In this document: in pieces, positions 1 through 10,118 of the stretch
Layout: each line of letters opens with the position of its first letter
Numbering within the stretch: position 1 is the stretch's first letter
Assembly: GCF_003063375.1 (NCBI RefSeq)
Contig: NZ_NERY01000004.1
Location: 137,420 to 169,419, forward strand
DNA: 32,000 nt
Direction of reading: 5' to 3'
From: Limnohabitans sp. MMS-10A-178
Lineage (GTDB): Bacteria; Pseudomonadota; Gammaproteobacteria; Burkholderiales; Burkholderiaceae_C
Notes under the pieces: model-generated
What the model was told of the DNA's origin: nothing
Databases searched by the model: none
Seen by the model: only the letters and a program-made list of their open reading frames with translations
Position numbers and translations under genes: made by a program

Positions 1-329
1 CGCGCAGCGACACGCTATTGATTCAACCAGCATCCTATTTTCTCGCGCCACATCAAGATGCCCGATGTGACGCCAGCCCATATGTTTTCCCTTGCAGCCT
101 GGAAGCTTTAGGTTTTAACGCCTATTGCCCCCTTGCCCAGCCTATCGGCCAACTGTTGCAAGGCTCACCGGATTAAGCGGCGAGTGCGAAACGTTCGTCG
201 TTTGCAGTTAGTTTTTTTTCTGCTGTTTTACGAGGATCAGAACCTCGACATGCCCTGCCACGCGTCCGAACCCATGTCGAAACCAGTGCAGCCCCAAGCT
301 TTGTATTTTAGGCCTGTTCTGTCAATTGC

Positions 330-1316
330 TCAAGCGATACTTTCCACCCGCCCAAACCTCACCATGGTGCTGCCCACCGTAAAGCGCTGGCTGCGCGTAG
401 GCATGATCAACACCGCGTTGTCATAGGGCGATCGCAGTGTGTGGCCCGCATCTTCTGCCAAGGCCGTGCCTGCTTTTTCAATCACTTCCAAGCCGTTGTA
501 AATGTCGAGCCACTGAAAGTCGAGTGATTTGGCTGCATAGCCTTCAGTCACTTGCACCACCTTCTGTTCAAGCGCTGGCAAACTGCAACGTGAATCGCCC
601 CATTCTGCTGTGGCAACGCCAGTGACTTTCAAAAATTGCAAGGTGGTTTCGCGCGCAATTTGCTCGCAGGCCTTCTCCCAATGCTGACCCGCTTCAAGCA
701 AGATAGCAGTGTTGTGTTTGTTGGGGTCGCCAAAAGCCCCGCGCTCAATCATGCGCAAACCATTGGCATGGCCTGTGTCTACCATCAGCCATTCGGGCAA
801 GCCAATTTTGGCCGATAAGTTGATAGATTTTTGCCCGCCTTTGGGGCGCACACCGCACACCATGAGAGGCGCGCTGGGCGCGCTCATGGAATGCAAATCG
901 AGCAAGTAGTCGGCGGTGTCGATGTAGGCCACCAATTCGCGCGCGCGGCGCAACTCTACGCTGTCGCGGGGGCCTTTTAAGACTTCATCAGACCAAACGC
1001 GGTTGAAGTCTTCTTCTACATAGCGGTTGCCATCGGGGTTGGCCGGATCCCACATTTGATAGGCCGCTACGTTGGCAAAGATGAAAGACACAACACCACA
1101 GGTGGGTTGAAAGTTTTGATTGAACAAATAGTCCAGCGTAATGGCGCCACTCAATTCATTGCCATGCGTTAAGGCTTGCACAATCACGTGCGGGCCAGGT
1201 TTGCCTGAGTCGTAACGCGTGACATAGTCAATGCCTACATTGCTGGCTCGATAGGCACTGATGTCGGGTGCGGTGAGTTCAACTTGGAAAGGCGTTATTG
1301 TTTGTTTTGTTGTCAT
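330..1316 (-). CDS. succinylglutamate desuccinylase/aspartoacylase (AstE/AspA) family zinc hydrolase
   Basis: 328-aa ORF with ATG at 1314-1316. The N-terminal HVIVQALTHGNELSG contains the HxxE zinc-ligand motif typical of this family. Composition matches the GC-rich core. Confidence 0.8.
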   Translation of the reverse strand: MTTKQTITPFQVELTAPDISAYRASNVGIDYVTRYDSGKPGPHVIVQALTHGNELSGAITLDYLFNQNFQPTCGVVSFIFANVAAYQMWDPANPDGNRYVEEDFNRVWSDEVLKGPRDSVELRRARELVAYIDTADYLLDLHSMSAPSAPLMVCGVRPKGGQKSINLSAKIGLPEWLMVDTGHANGLRMIERGAFGDPNKHNTAILLEAGQHWEKACEQIARETTLQFLKVTGVATAEWGDSRCSLPALEQKVVQVTEGYAAKSLDFQWLDIYNGLEVIEKAGTALAEDAGHTLRSPYDNAVLIMPTRSQRFTVGSTMVRFGRVESIA

Positions 1317-1585
1317 TATTTTTTAGCGTCTGCTTTGGGGGCACTCTTGCCATCAGCCTTTGCATCTCCCTTACCGTCACCCTTGCCATCAGCTTTTGCG
1401 GCCGCAGCGCCGTCTTGCACTTTGACCACTCGGCACTTTTTGTAAGCAGGCTCTTTGGACGTGGCAGGAATGTTTTCACAAATTTTTTCGACTTTGTAGG
1501 CCCAGGCGCTGCCGGCCATGACCCAGCTGCCTAAGAAAGCAATGAGTACCGCCAAACGAAGAGTCATGAAAAAACCTTGAAACAT
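1316..1585 (-). CDS. small secreted protein with a Lys/Gly/Asp-rich repetitive C-terminus
   Basis: Signal-peptide-like MFQGFFMTLRLAVLIAFLGSWVMAGSAWA, then a tail KADGKGDGKGDAKADGKSAPKADAKK. Its TAA (1316-1318) overlaps the ATG (1314-1316) of the downstream hydrolase by 1 nt. The start is uncertain (ATG 1585 or 1567; the track ORF extends to 1666). Confidence 0.5.
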   Translation of the reverse strand: MFQGFFMTLRLAVLIAFLGSWVMAGSAWAYKVEKICENIPATSKEPAYKKCRVVKVQDGAAAAKADGKGDGKGDAKADGKSAPKADAKK

Positions 1586-1666
1586 GGTTGAAAATGCGAT
1601 GATGTGTACCTGAACAAAACCATTGTCGTGGTCTGACATGGTTGAATTATCGGAAAGAAGAATCAA

Positions 1667-2431
1667 TTGTCAAATTTGATCCGTTGGCCATTGACTGCTT
1701 TGGCGGTTTGGGGAGGGGTTTGGTACCTTTATTTGTTCTTGGTTGAACAAGGCATTCACCCTTCCGTTGCCATGATGTTTGCCACCTGTGGTGGTGTTTT
1801 TGCCGCTGCCGTTGCTTGGAAAAAAGGTTTTTCTCAGGCCAGAACCGCGGCTTTGGCCATGGGCTTTCCGGTTTCTTTCTGGCTCATGGGCATGGCCACT
1901 GTGCCTGCTTGGGTTTGGTTGTTGCCCCTGGTTTTGATCATCTGGATTTACCCCATGCACGCATGGCGCGATGCCCCCGTGTTTCCCACCCCCCTCAATG
2001 CATTGCGCGAAGTGCCGCGCTGGGCAGTTTTGCCGGCACAAGCCAAAATTTTGGATGCTGGCTGTGGCGCAGGCGATGGGCTGAAGGCCTTGCGCTTGGC
2101 TTATGTCAATGCACAGTGGATTGGCATTGAGTTTAGTCGCCCTTTAAGCTGGCTGGCCAAGTTCAGATGCCCTTGGGCCGAGGTGCGGTGCGGCGATATT
2201 TGGGACGACCATTGGGGTGCCTACGACATGGTCTATTTGTTTCAACGACCCGAAACCATGCCTCGTGCCGTAGAGAAAGCCAAAGCAGAAATGAAGCCGG
2301 GTGCTTGGTTGGTGAGCTTGGAGTTTGAGGCGGCAGACCTAAAGCCCACCGCTGTGACTGATGCCAGCCCCAATCGCCCCGTTTGGCTTTATCAGGCGCC
2401 TTTTGCGGGTCAATCCCGAGTGACACGATAG
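1667..2431 (+). CDS. class I SAM-dependent methyltransferase with an N-terminal multi-pass membrane domain
   Basis: SAM-binding motif ILDAGCGAGDGL in the C-terminal half. The N-terminal ~100 aa form 3-4 hydrophobic helices. The start at 1667 is TTG, so the exact start is uncertain. Confidence 0.7.
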   Translation: MSNLIRWPLTALAVWGGVWYLYLFLVEQGIHPSVAMMFATCGGVFAAAVAWKKGFSQARTAALAMGFPVSFWLMGMATVPAWVWLLPLVLIIWIYPMHAWRDAPVFPTPLNALREVPRWAVLPAQAKILDAGCGAGDGLKALRLAYVNAQWIGIEFSRPLSWLAKFRCPWAEVRCGDIWDDHWGAYDMVYLFQRPETMPRAVEKAKAEMKPGAWLVSLEFEAADLKPTAVTDASPNRPVWLYQAPFAGQSRVTR

Positions 2432-2476
2432 CGCTTCAGACTATCATCTTCGAATTCTTTCTATTCGGAGATTTTC

Positions 2477-4099
2477 ATGCTCAAACCCGGCCTCATGATG
2501 GACCGCCCCTTGCTCTTGTCGGGCATCTTGGAGCACGCAGCAATGCAGTTTGGTGGACAAGAAGTGGTTTAGCGCGAAACGCATGGTCCTTTGTTTCGCT
2601 ACACCTACGCCGATTGTGCAAAGCGCTCTCGCAAACTGGCCAACGCTCTGAAGGGCTTGAGCCTGAAAGAAGGCAGCGTGGTGGGCTCAATTGCATGGAA
2701 CAACCACCGCCACTTAGAAGCTTACTACGCGGTGTCTGGCAGCGGCATGGTGATGCACACTTGCAATCCGCGCTTGCACCCCCAGCAACTCATCTACATC
2801 ATCAACCACGCCGAAGATGAAGTGGTGTTGTTTGACATCACCTTTGCGCCGCTCATCAAAGGCATTGCGGCGCATTGCCCCAAAGTGCGTGCTTGGGTGT
2901 GCCTCACTGAGCGTGCCCACATGCCCGACATTGAAGGCGTGGCCAATGTGCTGTGCTATGACGAGCTCATTGCCCCTGCCAGCGATGTGTTTGAGTGGCC
3001 CGATTTTGACGAGCGATCGGCTGCCGCCATTTGCTACACGTCTGGCACCACGGGCAATCCCAAAGGCGCCATGTATTCGCACCGCGCCATTGTGATCAAT
3101 TCACTGTCGGGTTGCTTGCCCAGCATTTTGAACTTGTCGCCCGAAGAGGCCATTCTGCCTGTGGTGCCCATGTTTCACATCAATGCGTGGTGCATTCCTT
3201 ATGCAGCGCCCATTGCTGGTGCCAAGTTGGTCTTGCCAGGCCCCAAACTGGATGGTGCCAGTTTGTACGAGCTCATTGAAGCCGAGAAAGTGACCATCAG
3301 TGCCGGTGTGCCCACCATTTGGATGGCCCTCATTCAGCACCTTGAGCAAAACAAATTGCGTTTCAGCTACATGAAGCGCACTGCAGTGGGCGGCTCGGCC
3401 ATGCCCACCGCCCTCATTGCCAAATTCAGCGACGACTACGGTGTGGAAGTGCGCCATGGTTGGGGCATGACCGAAACCACTGCGGTGGCCACCATGAGCA
3501 GCATGACCCCACAGCAGCGCGCCATGCCTGCGGCAGATCGCCACGCATTGGTTGGCAAACAAGGCCGCTCGGTGTTTGGCGTAGAAATTAAAGTGGTTGA
3601 CGAAGAGGGCAATACCTTGCCACGCGATGGCACCTCACAAGGCGAACTCATGGTGCGCGGTCAGTGGATTGTTTCGGGATACTACAAAGGCGAAAAATCG
3701 CCCTTGGTGGATGGTTGGTTTCCCACCGGCGACATTGCCACCATCGATGCGCAAGGCGTGATGCAAATTCGCGATCGCACCAAAGACGTGATCAAAACCG
3801 GCGGTGAATGGATCAGCTCCATTGATTTGGAAAACGCAGCCATTGCGCATCCTGCAGTGGCCATGGCGGCCGTCATTGGTGTGAAGCATCCCAAGTGGGA
3901 TGAGCGCCCCTTGATGTTTGTGGTGCGCAAGCCAGGGCAGGCCGTAGAGAAAGATGAGATCTTGTCTTTCTTAGAGACCAAAGTGGCCAAGTGGTGGGTG
4001 CCCGACGATGTGATCTTCCTAGATTCCTTGCCTGTGGGTGGCACAGGCAAGGTTCAAAAGGGTGACTTGCGCAAAACCTACGGCGGCTTGTTCAGTTAA
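2477..4099 (+). pseudogene. AMP-dependent acyl-CoA synthetase (long/medium-chain fatty-acid-CoA ligase, DmdB-like) interrupted by an in-frame TAG at 2570-2572
   Basis: GGAG (2467-2470) then ATG 2477 opens MLKPGLMMDRPLLLSGILEHAAMQFGGQEVV, then TAG, then in the same frame RETHGPLFRYTYADC..., continuing as track ORF 2591-4099. AMP-binding motif YTSGTTGNPKG is present. The track ORF simply restarts at TTG 2591. Confidence 0.75.
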
Positions 4100-4121
4100 A
4101 CATTGTTGAGCTAAACAGTCT

Positions 4122-4877
4122 TCAATGCCCCAAGATCTTGGATAAAAAGTCTTGGGCTCTGTCGGTTTGTGGCGAGTCAAAAAATTGCTGGGGCGGTGCT
4201 TGCTCAACCACCTGACCTTGGTCCATGAAGATCACACGGTCGGCCACCGCCTTGGCAAAGCCCATCTCGTGCGTCACGCACAACATGGTCATGCCTTGGC
4301 TCGTCAACTCAATCATCACGTCCAGCACTTCCTTGATCATCTCGGGGTCGAGGGCCGAAGTGGGCTCATCGAACAGCATGATCTTGGGTGTTAGGCACAG
4401 GGCACGGGCAATAGCTACGCGCTGCTGTTGGCCGCCAGACAATTGCAGGGGGTATTTGTTGGCATGCTCGGCAATGCGCACGCGTTCGAGTTGCACCATG
4501 GCTTTGTCGATGGCGTCCTTGCGCGGCATCTTGGCCACCCAGGTGGGTGACAAGATGAGGTTTTCCATCACCGTCAGGTGAGGGAACAGGTTGAACTGCT
4601 GAAACACCATGCCAACTTCGCGGCGCACTTGGTCGATGCCCTTGAGGTCATCGCCTAAAACCGTGCCGTCTACGGTGAGGGTGCCTTCTTGGTATTCCTC
4701 AAGGGCGTTGATACAGCGGATGAGGGTGGACTTGCCCGAGCCCGAGGGACCGCAAATAACCACTTTTTCGCCTTTGGCGAACTGCAGGTTGACATCGCGC
4801 AGCACGTGGTAACCATTGCTGGCATACCACTTGTTCACGCCTTTGAATTCAATGATGGGGGTTGCGTTGGAGGTCAT
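4122..4877 (-). CDS. aapP: polar/general amino-acid ABC transporter ATP-binding protein
   Basis: Walker A GPSGSGKST, signature LSGGQQQRVAIARAL, Walker B MLFDEPTSALD. It is the last gene of a J-Q-M-P operon with sizes matching AapJQMP. Confidence 0.85.
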   Translation of the reverse strand: MTSNATPIIEFKGVNKWYASNGYHVLRDVNLQFAKGEKVVICGPSGSGKSTLIRCINALEEYQEGTLTVDGTVLGDDLKGIDQVRREVGMVFQQFNLFPHLTVMENLILSPTWVAKMPRKDAIDKAMVQLERVRIAEHANKYPLQLSGGQQQRVAIARALCLTPKIMLFDEPTSALDPEMIKEVLDVMIELTSQGMTMLCVTHEMGFAKAVADRVIFMDQGQVVEQAPPQQFFDSPQTDRAQDFLSKILGH

Positions 4878-4890
4878 AGGTCTCTTTCGT

Positions 4891-5991
4891 TCAGCGGACT
4901 TTACTCACGGCCGTGCGCTCTTCGATCCAGAGACTGTAGCGCGACATGGCAAAGCAGAACGCGAAATAAATGAAGGTGATGAAAAGGTAGGCTTCAATTT
5001 TGAAGGGGCGCCAGTCGGCGTCGGAGTTGAGCGCCAAGCCCAAAGCACCAGTGAGCTCATACAGCGACACAATGGTGACCAGCGAGGTGTCTTTGAACAG
5101 GCCAATGAAGGTGTTCATGATGGAAGGCACCACGGTGGCCAAAGCTTGTGGCAAGACGATCATTCGCTGGGTTTGCCAATAAGTTAGGCCCAAAGTAGCG
5201 GCCGCCTCGGTTTGGCCTTTAGGCAAAGCCTGCAAGCCGCCGCGAATGACTTCGGCCATATAAGCCGCCGAAAACAGCGTGATACCCACCACCACACGCA
5301 CCAGCACGTCAATCTTCACGCCCTCGGGCATGAACAAGGGCAACATAAACGAGGCCATGAACAACACGGTAATGAGCGGCACGCCGCGAATTAGCTCTAC
5401 ATACAGGGTGCACAAAGCCTTGATGGCGGGCATATTAGAGCGACGGCCCAACGCCACAAAGATGGCCAGCGGGAACGCCAGCGTCATGGAGATCACAGTG
5501 AGCATGACCGTAAGCGGAAAGCCGCCCCACTGGTCGGTGTCTACCTCGGTGAGGCCCATCCAGCCGCCTTTCATGAGGATGAAATAAACCACCAGCATGA
5601 GGGCCCAGACCAAAGGCAAAGCCTTGTTCCAAAAACGCGGCATGCAACTGACCACCACCACGCCAAGCATGAGGGCAGTGGCAATCACCGGACGCCAATG
5701 CTCGGCCTCTGGGTATCGGCCCATCACAATTAGGCGCCCTTTTTCTGTAATCACACCCCAGCAAGCTCCTACGCCGCGCACGTCGTTGCAAGCCTGCAAG
5801 TTGGCGCCAAACACGGCTTGCACAAGAGCCCAGTCCATGGACGCCACCAGCGACCAGATGCCCAACGCCAGCAGCAACAAGGTCATCACGCTGTTGCTGG
5901 TGCTCGAAAACAAGTTGAAGCGGAGCCAAGCCAGTGGGCCGGCACTGCTGCCCGGCATGGGCCGAGCCTCGATGGATTTGAAAACTTGCAT
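4891..5991 (-). CDS. aapM: amino-acid ABC transporter permease
   Basis: Multi-pass permease. ATG at 5989-5991 lies 1 nt after the upstream gene's TGA (5993-5995). The track ORF extends to a GTG at 6015, which is an alternative start. Confidence 0.8.
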   Translation of the reverse strand: MQVFKSIEARPMPGSSAGPLAWLRFNLFSSTSNSVMTLLLLALGIWSLVASMDWALVQAVFGANLQACNDVRGVGACWGVITEKGRLIVMGRYPEAEHWRPVIATALMLGVVVVSCMPRFWNKALPLVWALMLVVYFILMKGGWMGLTEVDTDQWGGFPLTVMLTVISMTLAFPLAIFVALGRRSNMPAIKALCTLYVELIRGVPLITVLFMASFMLPLFMPEGVKIDVLVRVVVGITLFSAAYMAEVIRGGLQALPKGQTEAAATLGLTYWQTQRMIVLPQALATVVPSIMNTFIGLFKDTSLVTIVSLYELTGALGLALNSDADWRPFKIEAYLFITFIYFAFCFAMSRYSLWIEERTAVSKVR

Positions 5992-5992
5992 G

Positions 5993-7192
5993 TCAGCGCT
6001 CCTGGATAGCGGCACTGGCGTTGAACCAGTTCATGAGGGCCGAAGTGATGAGAGACAAGGTGAGGTACACCAGCATGACAATAGACAGCGCTTCGATGGC
6101 GCGGCCTGTTTGGTTAAGCGTGGTGTTGGCGATCGAGACCAATTCGGGGTAGCCAATGGCCACAGCGAGCGATGAGTTTTTGGTGAGGTTCAGGTACTGG
6201 CTGGTCAATGGCGGAATGATCACGCGCAATGCTTGTGGTAACACCACCAAGCGCATAGCTTGGTTTTTGCTCAGGCCCAAAGAAGCCGCAGCTTCGTGCT
6301 GCCCCAATGACACCGAAGCAATTCCCGAGCGCACCACTTCGGCAATGAAGGCGGCTGTGTAAAACACCAAGCCAAACAACAAGGCCATGAATTCAGGGCT
6401 AAAAGCACCGCCATCTTCAATTTGGAAATCGCCCACCTTGGGCAAATCCCACTCCATAGGTGCCCCCCCAGCCAGCCAGCCCAACACCGACAAACCCAGG
6501 GTAGCAGCCAGTGCCACCCACACAACAGGGCGCGGCTGACCAGTCAAATCGAAGTGTGCGCGCGCCAAGCGCCGGTAGTACAGCCCAAAAACCAGGCCCA
6601 AACCCGCACCCACCACGGCCAGTGTTTGCCCCAGCTGCCAAACGGGCCAAGGGAAAGAAATACCGTTTTTGCTCAGATAAAAATGACCGACATTCCAAGC
6701 ACCGTCTAAATCGGGCAAAGCTTCGGCAAACACCAAATACCAAATTAGCAATTGCAAATAGACAGGCACGTTGCGGAAAAACTCAACATAGGCATAGCAG
6801 ATTTTCTTGACCAAATAGTTGGCCGAAAATCGGCCAATGCCGATGAGCACGCCCACCACAGTGGCCAAGGCAATTCCGATGATGGCCACCTTGATGGTGT
6901 TGAGCATGCCGATGGCAAAAGCCACAAAGTAGGAGCTGTTGTGTGCGTATTCGATAACCGTTTCGCTGATGTCAAAGCCAAACGGTTGGAACAAAAAGTC
7001 GTATCCGCTCTGGATGCCACGCAAACGCATGTTGGCCAGAGTGTTGCGAACCAGCAAGGCGATGAGCGCAAACGCCGACAAAATGGCGACGATTTGGTAA
7101 ATGACCGAACGCCCCTCACGGCTGCGCCACGAAATGGTCCGGTTTTTCTTGTCTGGTGAGGGCCGGGCCTCGATCATGGAAAAGTGGGACAT
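5993..7192 (-). CDS. aapQ: amino-acid ABC transporter permease
   Basis: 399-aa multi-pass membrane protein with ATG at 7190-7192, positioned between the binding-protein gene and the second permease gene. Confidence 0.8.
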   Translation of the reverse strand: MSHFSMIEARPSPDKKNRTISWRSREGRSVIYQIVAILSAFALIALLVRNTLANMRLRGIQSGYDFLFQPFGFDISETVIEYAHNSSYFVAFAIGMLNTIKVAIIGIALATVVGVLIGIGRFSANYLVKKICYAYVEFFRNVPVYLQLLIWYLVFAEALPDLDGAWNVGHFYLSKNGISFPWPVWQLGQTLAVVGAGLGLVFGLYYRRLARAHFDLTGQPRPVVWVALAATLGLSVLGWLAGGAPMEWDLPKVGDFQIEDGGAFSPEFMALLFGLVFYTAAFIAEVVRSGIASVSLGQHEAAASLGLSKNQAMRLVVLPQALRVIIPPLTSQYLNLTKNSSLAVAIGYPELVSIANTTLNQTGRAIEALSIVMLVYLTLSLITSALMNWFNASAAIQER

Positions 7193-7275
7193 GCTTGTTG
7201 CCTAAACTAAAACAGACTGACAAAAAATACGCCCCACAAAGGGGCGTATTCAATGCTTTCAAAGAGGCAGAAAAA

Positions 7276-8304
7276 TCAACGCAGCGGTGCAGCGTACTGC
7301 AAGCCGCCCTGGCTCCACTGACGGTTCATGCCGCGCGGCAGGTTGATGGAGGTTTTGGGACCCACATTGCGCTCAAACATTTCGCCGTAGTTGCCGGTGA
7401 CCTTGATGGCGCGCAACAGCCACTCTTTGTCCAAGCCCAAGTGCTTGCCCAAATCTTCAGTCACGCCTAGCAAACGACCCACTTGTGGATTGTCGCTGGT
7501 CTTCATTTGGTCGACGTTAGCTTGGGTAATGCCATACTCTTCGGCTTCAATCAAACCGGCCAACACCCACTTGTTGATGGCCAACCACTCGTCATCACCA
7601 CGGCGTACCATGGGGCCCAGAGGCTCTTTGGAGACCAGGTCGGGCAAGATCACGTGGGCTGCAGGGTCTTTGGCTTCTTTGGCGCGCACAGAGGCCAAGC
7701 CCGATGCGTCGGTGGTGTAAGCCTGGCAACGGCCAGCAAAGTAAGCGCCGGTGGCAGCTTCAACTTTTTCAAACACCACAGGCTTCAGGTTGAGCTTGTT
7801 GGCGCGTGAGTAATCGGTCAAATTTTTCTCAGTAGTGGTGCCTGATTGCACGCAAACCGTAGCGCCCTTGAGCTGCTTGGCGCTGGTAATCTTGCCTTTA
7901 GGAACCATAAAGCCTTGGCCGTCGTAGTAGTTGGCACCCACAAAATGCAGGCCCAATGAAGCATCGCGGCTCAGGGTGCTGGTGGTGTTGCGAGCCAACA
8001 CATCGATCTCACCAGACTGCAGGGCTGTGAAGCGCTGCTGGGCTGTCAAGGGCACGTATTTGACCTTGGTGGCGTCGCTCAGCACGGCTGCTGCCACCGC
8101 ACGGCAGTGGTCCACGTCCAAACCAGACCAGTTGCCACTGGAATCAGCAGCTGAAAAACCTGCCAAGCCCGTGTTGACACCGCAGACGACTTGGCCACGT
8201 TGCTTGATTTGATCAAGCGTTTTGCCGGCCATGGCAGAGGTTGCAGCCATCAAGCCAGCAGCAGCCAGCACTGATCCGATCAAAGTACGTGTGTATTTCT
8301 TCAT
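7276..8304 (-). CDS. aapJ: amino-acid ABC transporter periplasmic substrate-binding protein
   Basis: Signal peptide MKKYTRTLIGSVLAAAGLMAATSAMA starts from ATG 8304 (the track start 8337 is TTG). About 340 aa, family-3 binding-protein-like, first gene of the operon. Confidence 0.8.
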   Translation of the reverse strand: MKKYTRTLIGSVLAAAGLMAATSAMAGKTLDQIKQRGQVVCGVNTGLAGFSAADSSGNWSGLDVDHCRAVAAAVLSDATKVKYVPLTAQQRFTALQSGEIDVLARNTTSTLSRDASLGLHFVGANYYDGQGFMVPKGKITSAKQLKGATVCVQSGTTTEKNLTDYSRANKLNLKPVVFEKVEAATGAYFAGRCQAYTTDASGLASVRAKEAKDPAAHVILPDLVSKEPLGPMVRRGDDEWLAINKWVLAGLIEAEEYGITQANVDQMKTSDNPQVGRLLGVTEDLGKHLGLDKEWLLRAIKVTGNYGEMFERNVGPKTSINLPRGMNRQWSQGGLQYAAPLR

Positions 8305-8569
8305 GAATAGAATCTTTCTAAATTTATGAGTAGCCAATTGCTACACGAATGATTACATGCCAAAACATCAAAACACCCCTACTCTGGAGCATTTTTAGGC
8401 TTTTGCAATACAAGGGATTCATCTTGACGACGCAACAAAAAAGTGCAGACCGACAAGATAGGTTTTCCAGTTTGCATAATTTATGCCAACTCAAACCCAG
8501 AACTCAAATATATTCAATATGAGGACAAGGTTGGATCAGGGTGTACCCTTAAGATTATTCAATGAATTC

Positions 8570-9055
8570 ATGGCAAAACACGTATCCGAGACCCCAGCCA
8601 CTCAATGGCTGAAGCAAAAAAAGATTGTTTACTCAGAGCACCCCTACGAGTATGTAGAGCATGGCGGCACGGCAGAGTCGTCTAAACAGCTGGGTGTGCC
8701 CGAGCACGAAGTGGTCAAAACACTGATCATGCAAGACGATCAAGGCAAAGGCTTGGTGGTTTTGATTCATGGCGATTGCAAAACCTCCACCAAAAACTTG
8801 GCACGGCAAATTGGCCGTAAATCTGTAGAGCCTTGCACGCCAGAGGCGGCGCAAAAGAACTCAGGCTATTTGGTGGGTGGCACGTCACCTTTTGGATTGC
8901 GCAAACCCATGCCCGTGTACATAGAGTCCAGCATTTTGGAATTGCCCAAAATTTGGATCAATGGCGGCAAACGTGGTTTTTTGGTGGGCATCGACCCCAA
9001 GGTTTTGACGACTGAGTTGGGTGCACAGCCTGTTCAATGTGCGTTGCCGGTGTGA
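8570..9055 (+). CDS. ybaK: Cys-tRNA(Pro)/Cys-tRNA(Cys) deacylase YbaK
   Basis: 161 aa from ATG 8570 (MAKHVSETPATQWLKQKKI...). YbaK/EbsC-like length and sequence (GGTSPFG). The upstream extension to 8483 is unlikely. Confidence 0.75.
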   Translation: MAKHVSETPATQWLKQKKIVYSEHPYEYVEHGGTAESSKQLGVPEHEVVKTLIMQDDQGKGLVVLIHGDCKTSTKNLARQIGRKSVEPCTPEAAQKNSGYLVGGTSPFGLRKPMPVYIESSILELPKIWINGGKRGFLVGIDPKVLTTELGAQPVQCALPV

Positions 9056-9085
9056 AGTCGGTGTAGATGGGTAGGTGATTTGTGT

Positions 9086-10081
9086 TCATGGCTTTAAGAC
9101 CATTCTATTTTTGGCGCCAGCCAAGACTTCTTTGTAGGCTTCCATGGCATGGGGCAAACCAATCATGTCGGCAGCTGCAACTGGAAAAGGCTTCAAAGTG
9201 CCATCTTCAAAACCTGGGCGAAGCTCGTCCAACAATTCGCAAGAACGCACGCAATCTAGGGCCAGTGTGTCGATGCCCACAAAGTTGTGCATGCCGCGGT
9301 AAAACTTGAACACATCAAAGGCCACCGTTTGTCCCTTGGTGGCAATGATGAAAATTTGGGTGGCGCCTTTGGCCATGATGGCGTGACCCACTTCCCAATA
9401 CACTTTGTCGACGGTGTTGAAAACTAAGTTGGCGCCTTTGCCCTGCGTCAATTCCATGATGCGTGCAGTGGGTTCAGTGTGGGTGCTGTTGATGACTTCA
9501 ACGGGGGCGCATGCAAAACCTTCTAATTGGTCTTGACGCTGAACAGCAATGACTTTGGCGCCGGCGCGCGCTGCAATTTGAACGGCAGCCTGGCCAACTT
9601 TGCCATTGGCGCCAAGCACCACCACGGTTTGGCCAGCTTTAACACCACCGGCTCGGCTATAGCCTTCACATGCAGTTACAAAGGGCACGCCCACTGCGCC
9701 AGCCTCTTCCATACTGATGCCCTTTGGCACTTGCTTCACTGCGGCTATAGGCAAAACCAAATAGCGTGCATGGCTGCCATTGCGCGTAATGCCAATGTCG
9801 CCACCAGAGCCCCAAACTGAAAGCCCCTTCAATGCCTCGGGGCCATCTACCACCAGGCCCGCGAAATCGCGCCCCGGAGTTCTTGGAAAAACTGCATGCG
9901 GCATGATGCCCAAAGTGGCTTTCACGTCGCTGGGGTTGACCGCTGCAGCCACCACCTGAACAAGCACTTCATGTGCGGCAATGGTGGGTTTGCTTTGCGA
10001 TTGGCAATCTAGTTGCAGGGTGTCGATGCTGCTGCCTTTGGCCGCAACGTGAAGTGCAAATGAGGGTGTATTAGAACTCAT
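9086..10081 (-). CDS. MDR-superfamily NAD(P)H:quinone oxidoreductase / zinc-type alcohol dehydrogenase-like protein
   Basis: 331 aa. VNPSDVK near the N-terminus and Rossmann motif GANGKVGQAAVQIAARAGAKV. ATG at 10079-10081. Confidence 0.75.
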   Translation of the reverse strand: MSSNTPSFALHVAAKGSSIDTLQLDCQSQSKPTIAAHEVLVQVVAAAVNPSDVKATLGIMPHAVFPRTPGRDFAGLVVDGPEALKGLSVWGSGGDIGITRNGSHARYLVLPIAAVKQVPKGISMEEAGAVGVPFVTACEGYSRAGGVKAGQTVVVLGANGKVGQAAVQIAARAGAKVIAVQRQDQLEGFACAPVEVINSTHTEPTARIMELTQGKGANLVFNTVDKVYWEVGHAIMAKGATQIFIIATKGQTVAFDVFKFYRGMHNFVGIDTLALDCVRSCELLDELRPGFEDGTLKPFPVAAADMIGLPHAMEAYKEVLAGAKNRMVLKP

Positions 10082-10118
10082 GAAATTTGAACAGAAGTAG
10101 ATGCATTAAGTTTATTTA

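Noticed and set aside
133-426. 97-aa plus-strand ORF at the window start
   Set aside because: It has a TTG start, overlaps the 3' end of the AstE-like gene in antisense, and has Arg/Leu-rich nonsense composition. An open frame running off the left edge (frame 3, to about 176) is too short and featureless to call.
2163-7470. Many 60-190-aa ORFs overlapping the ligase and aap genes (e.g. 3101-3562, 5435-5929, 5597-6175, 6417-6743, 6745-7119)
   Set aside because: These are typical shadow ORFs of GC-rich coding DNA. They have Arg/Pro/Gly/His-rich nonsense composition, and each is fully contained in a well-supported gene on another frame or strand.
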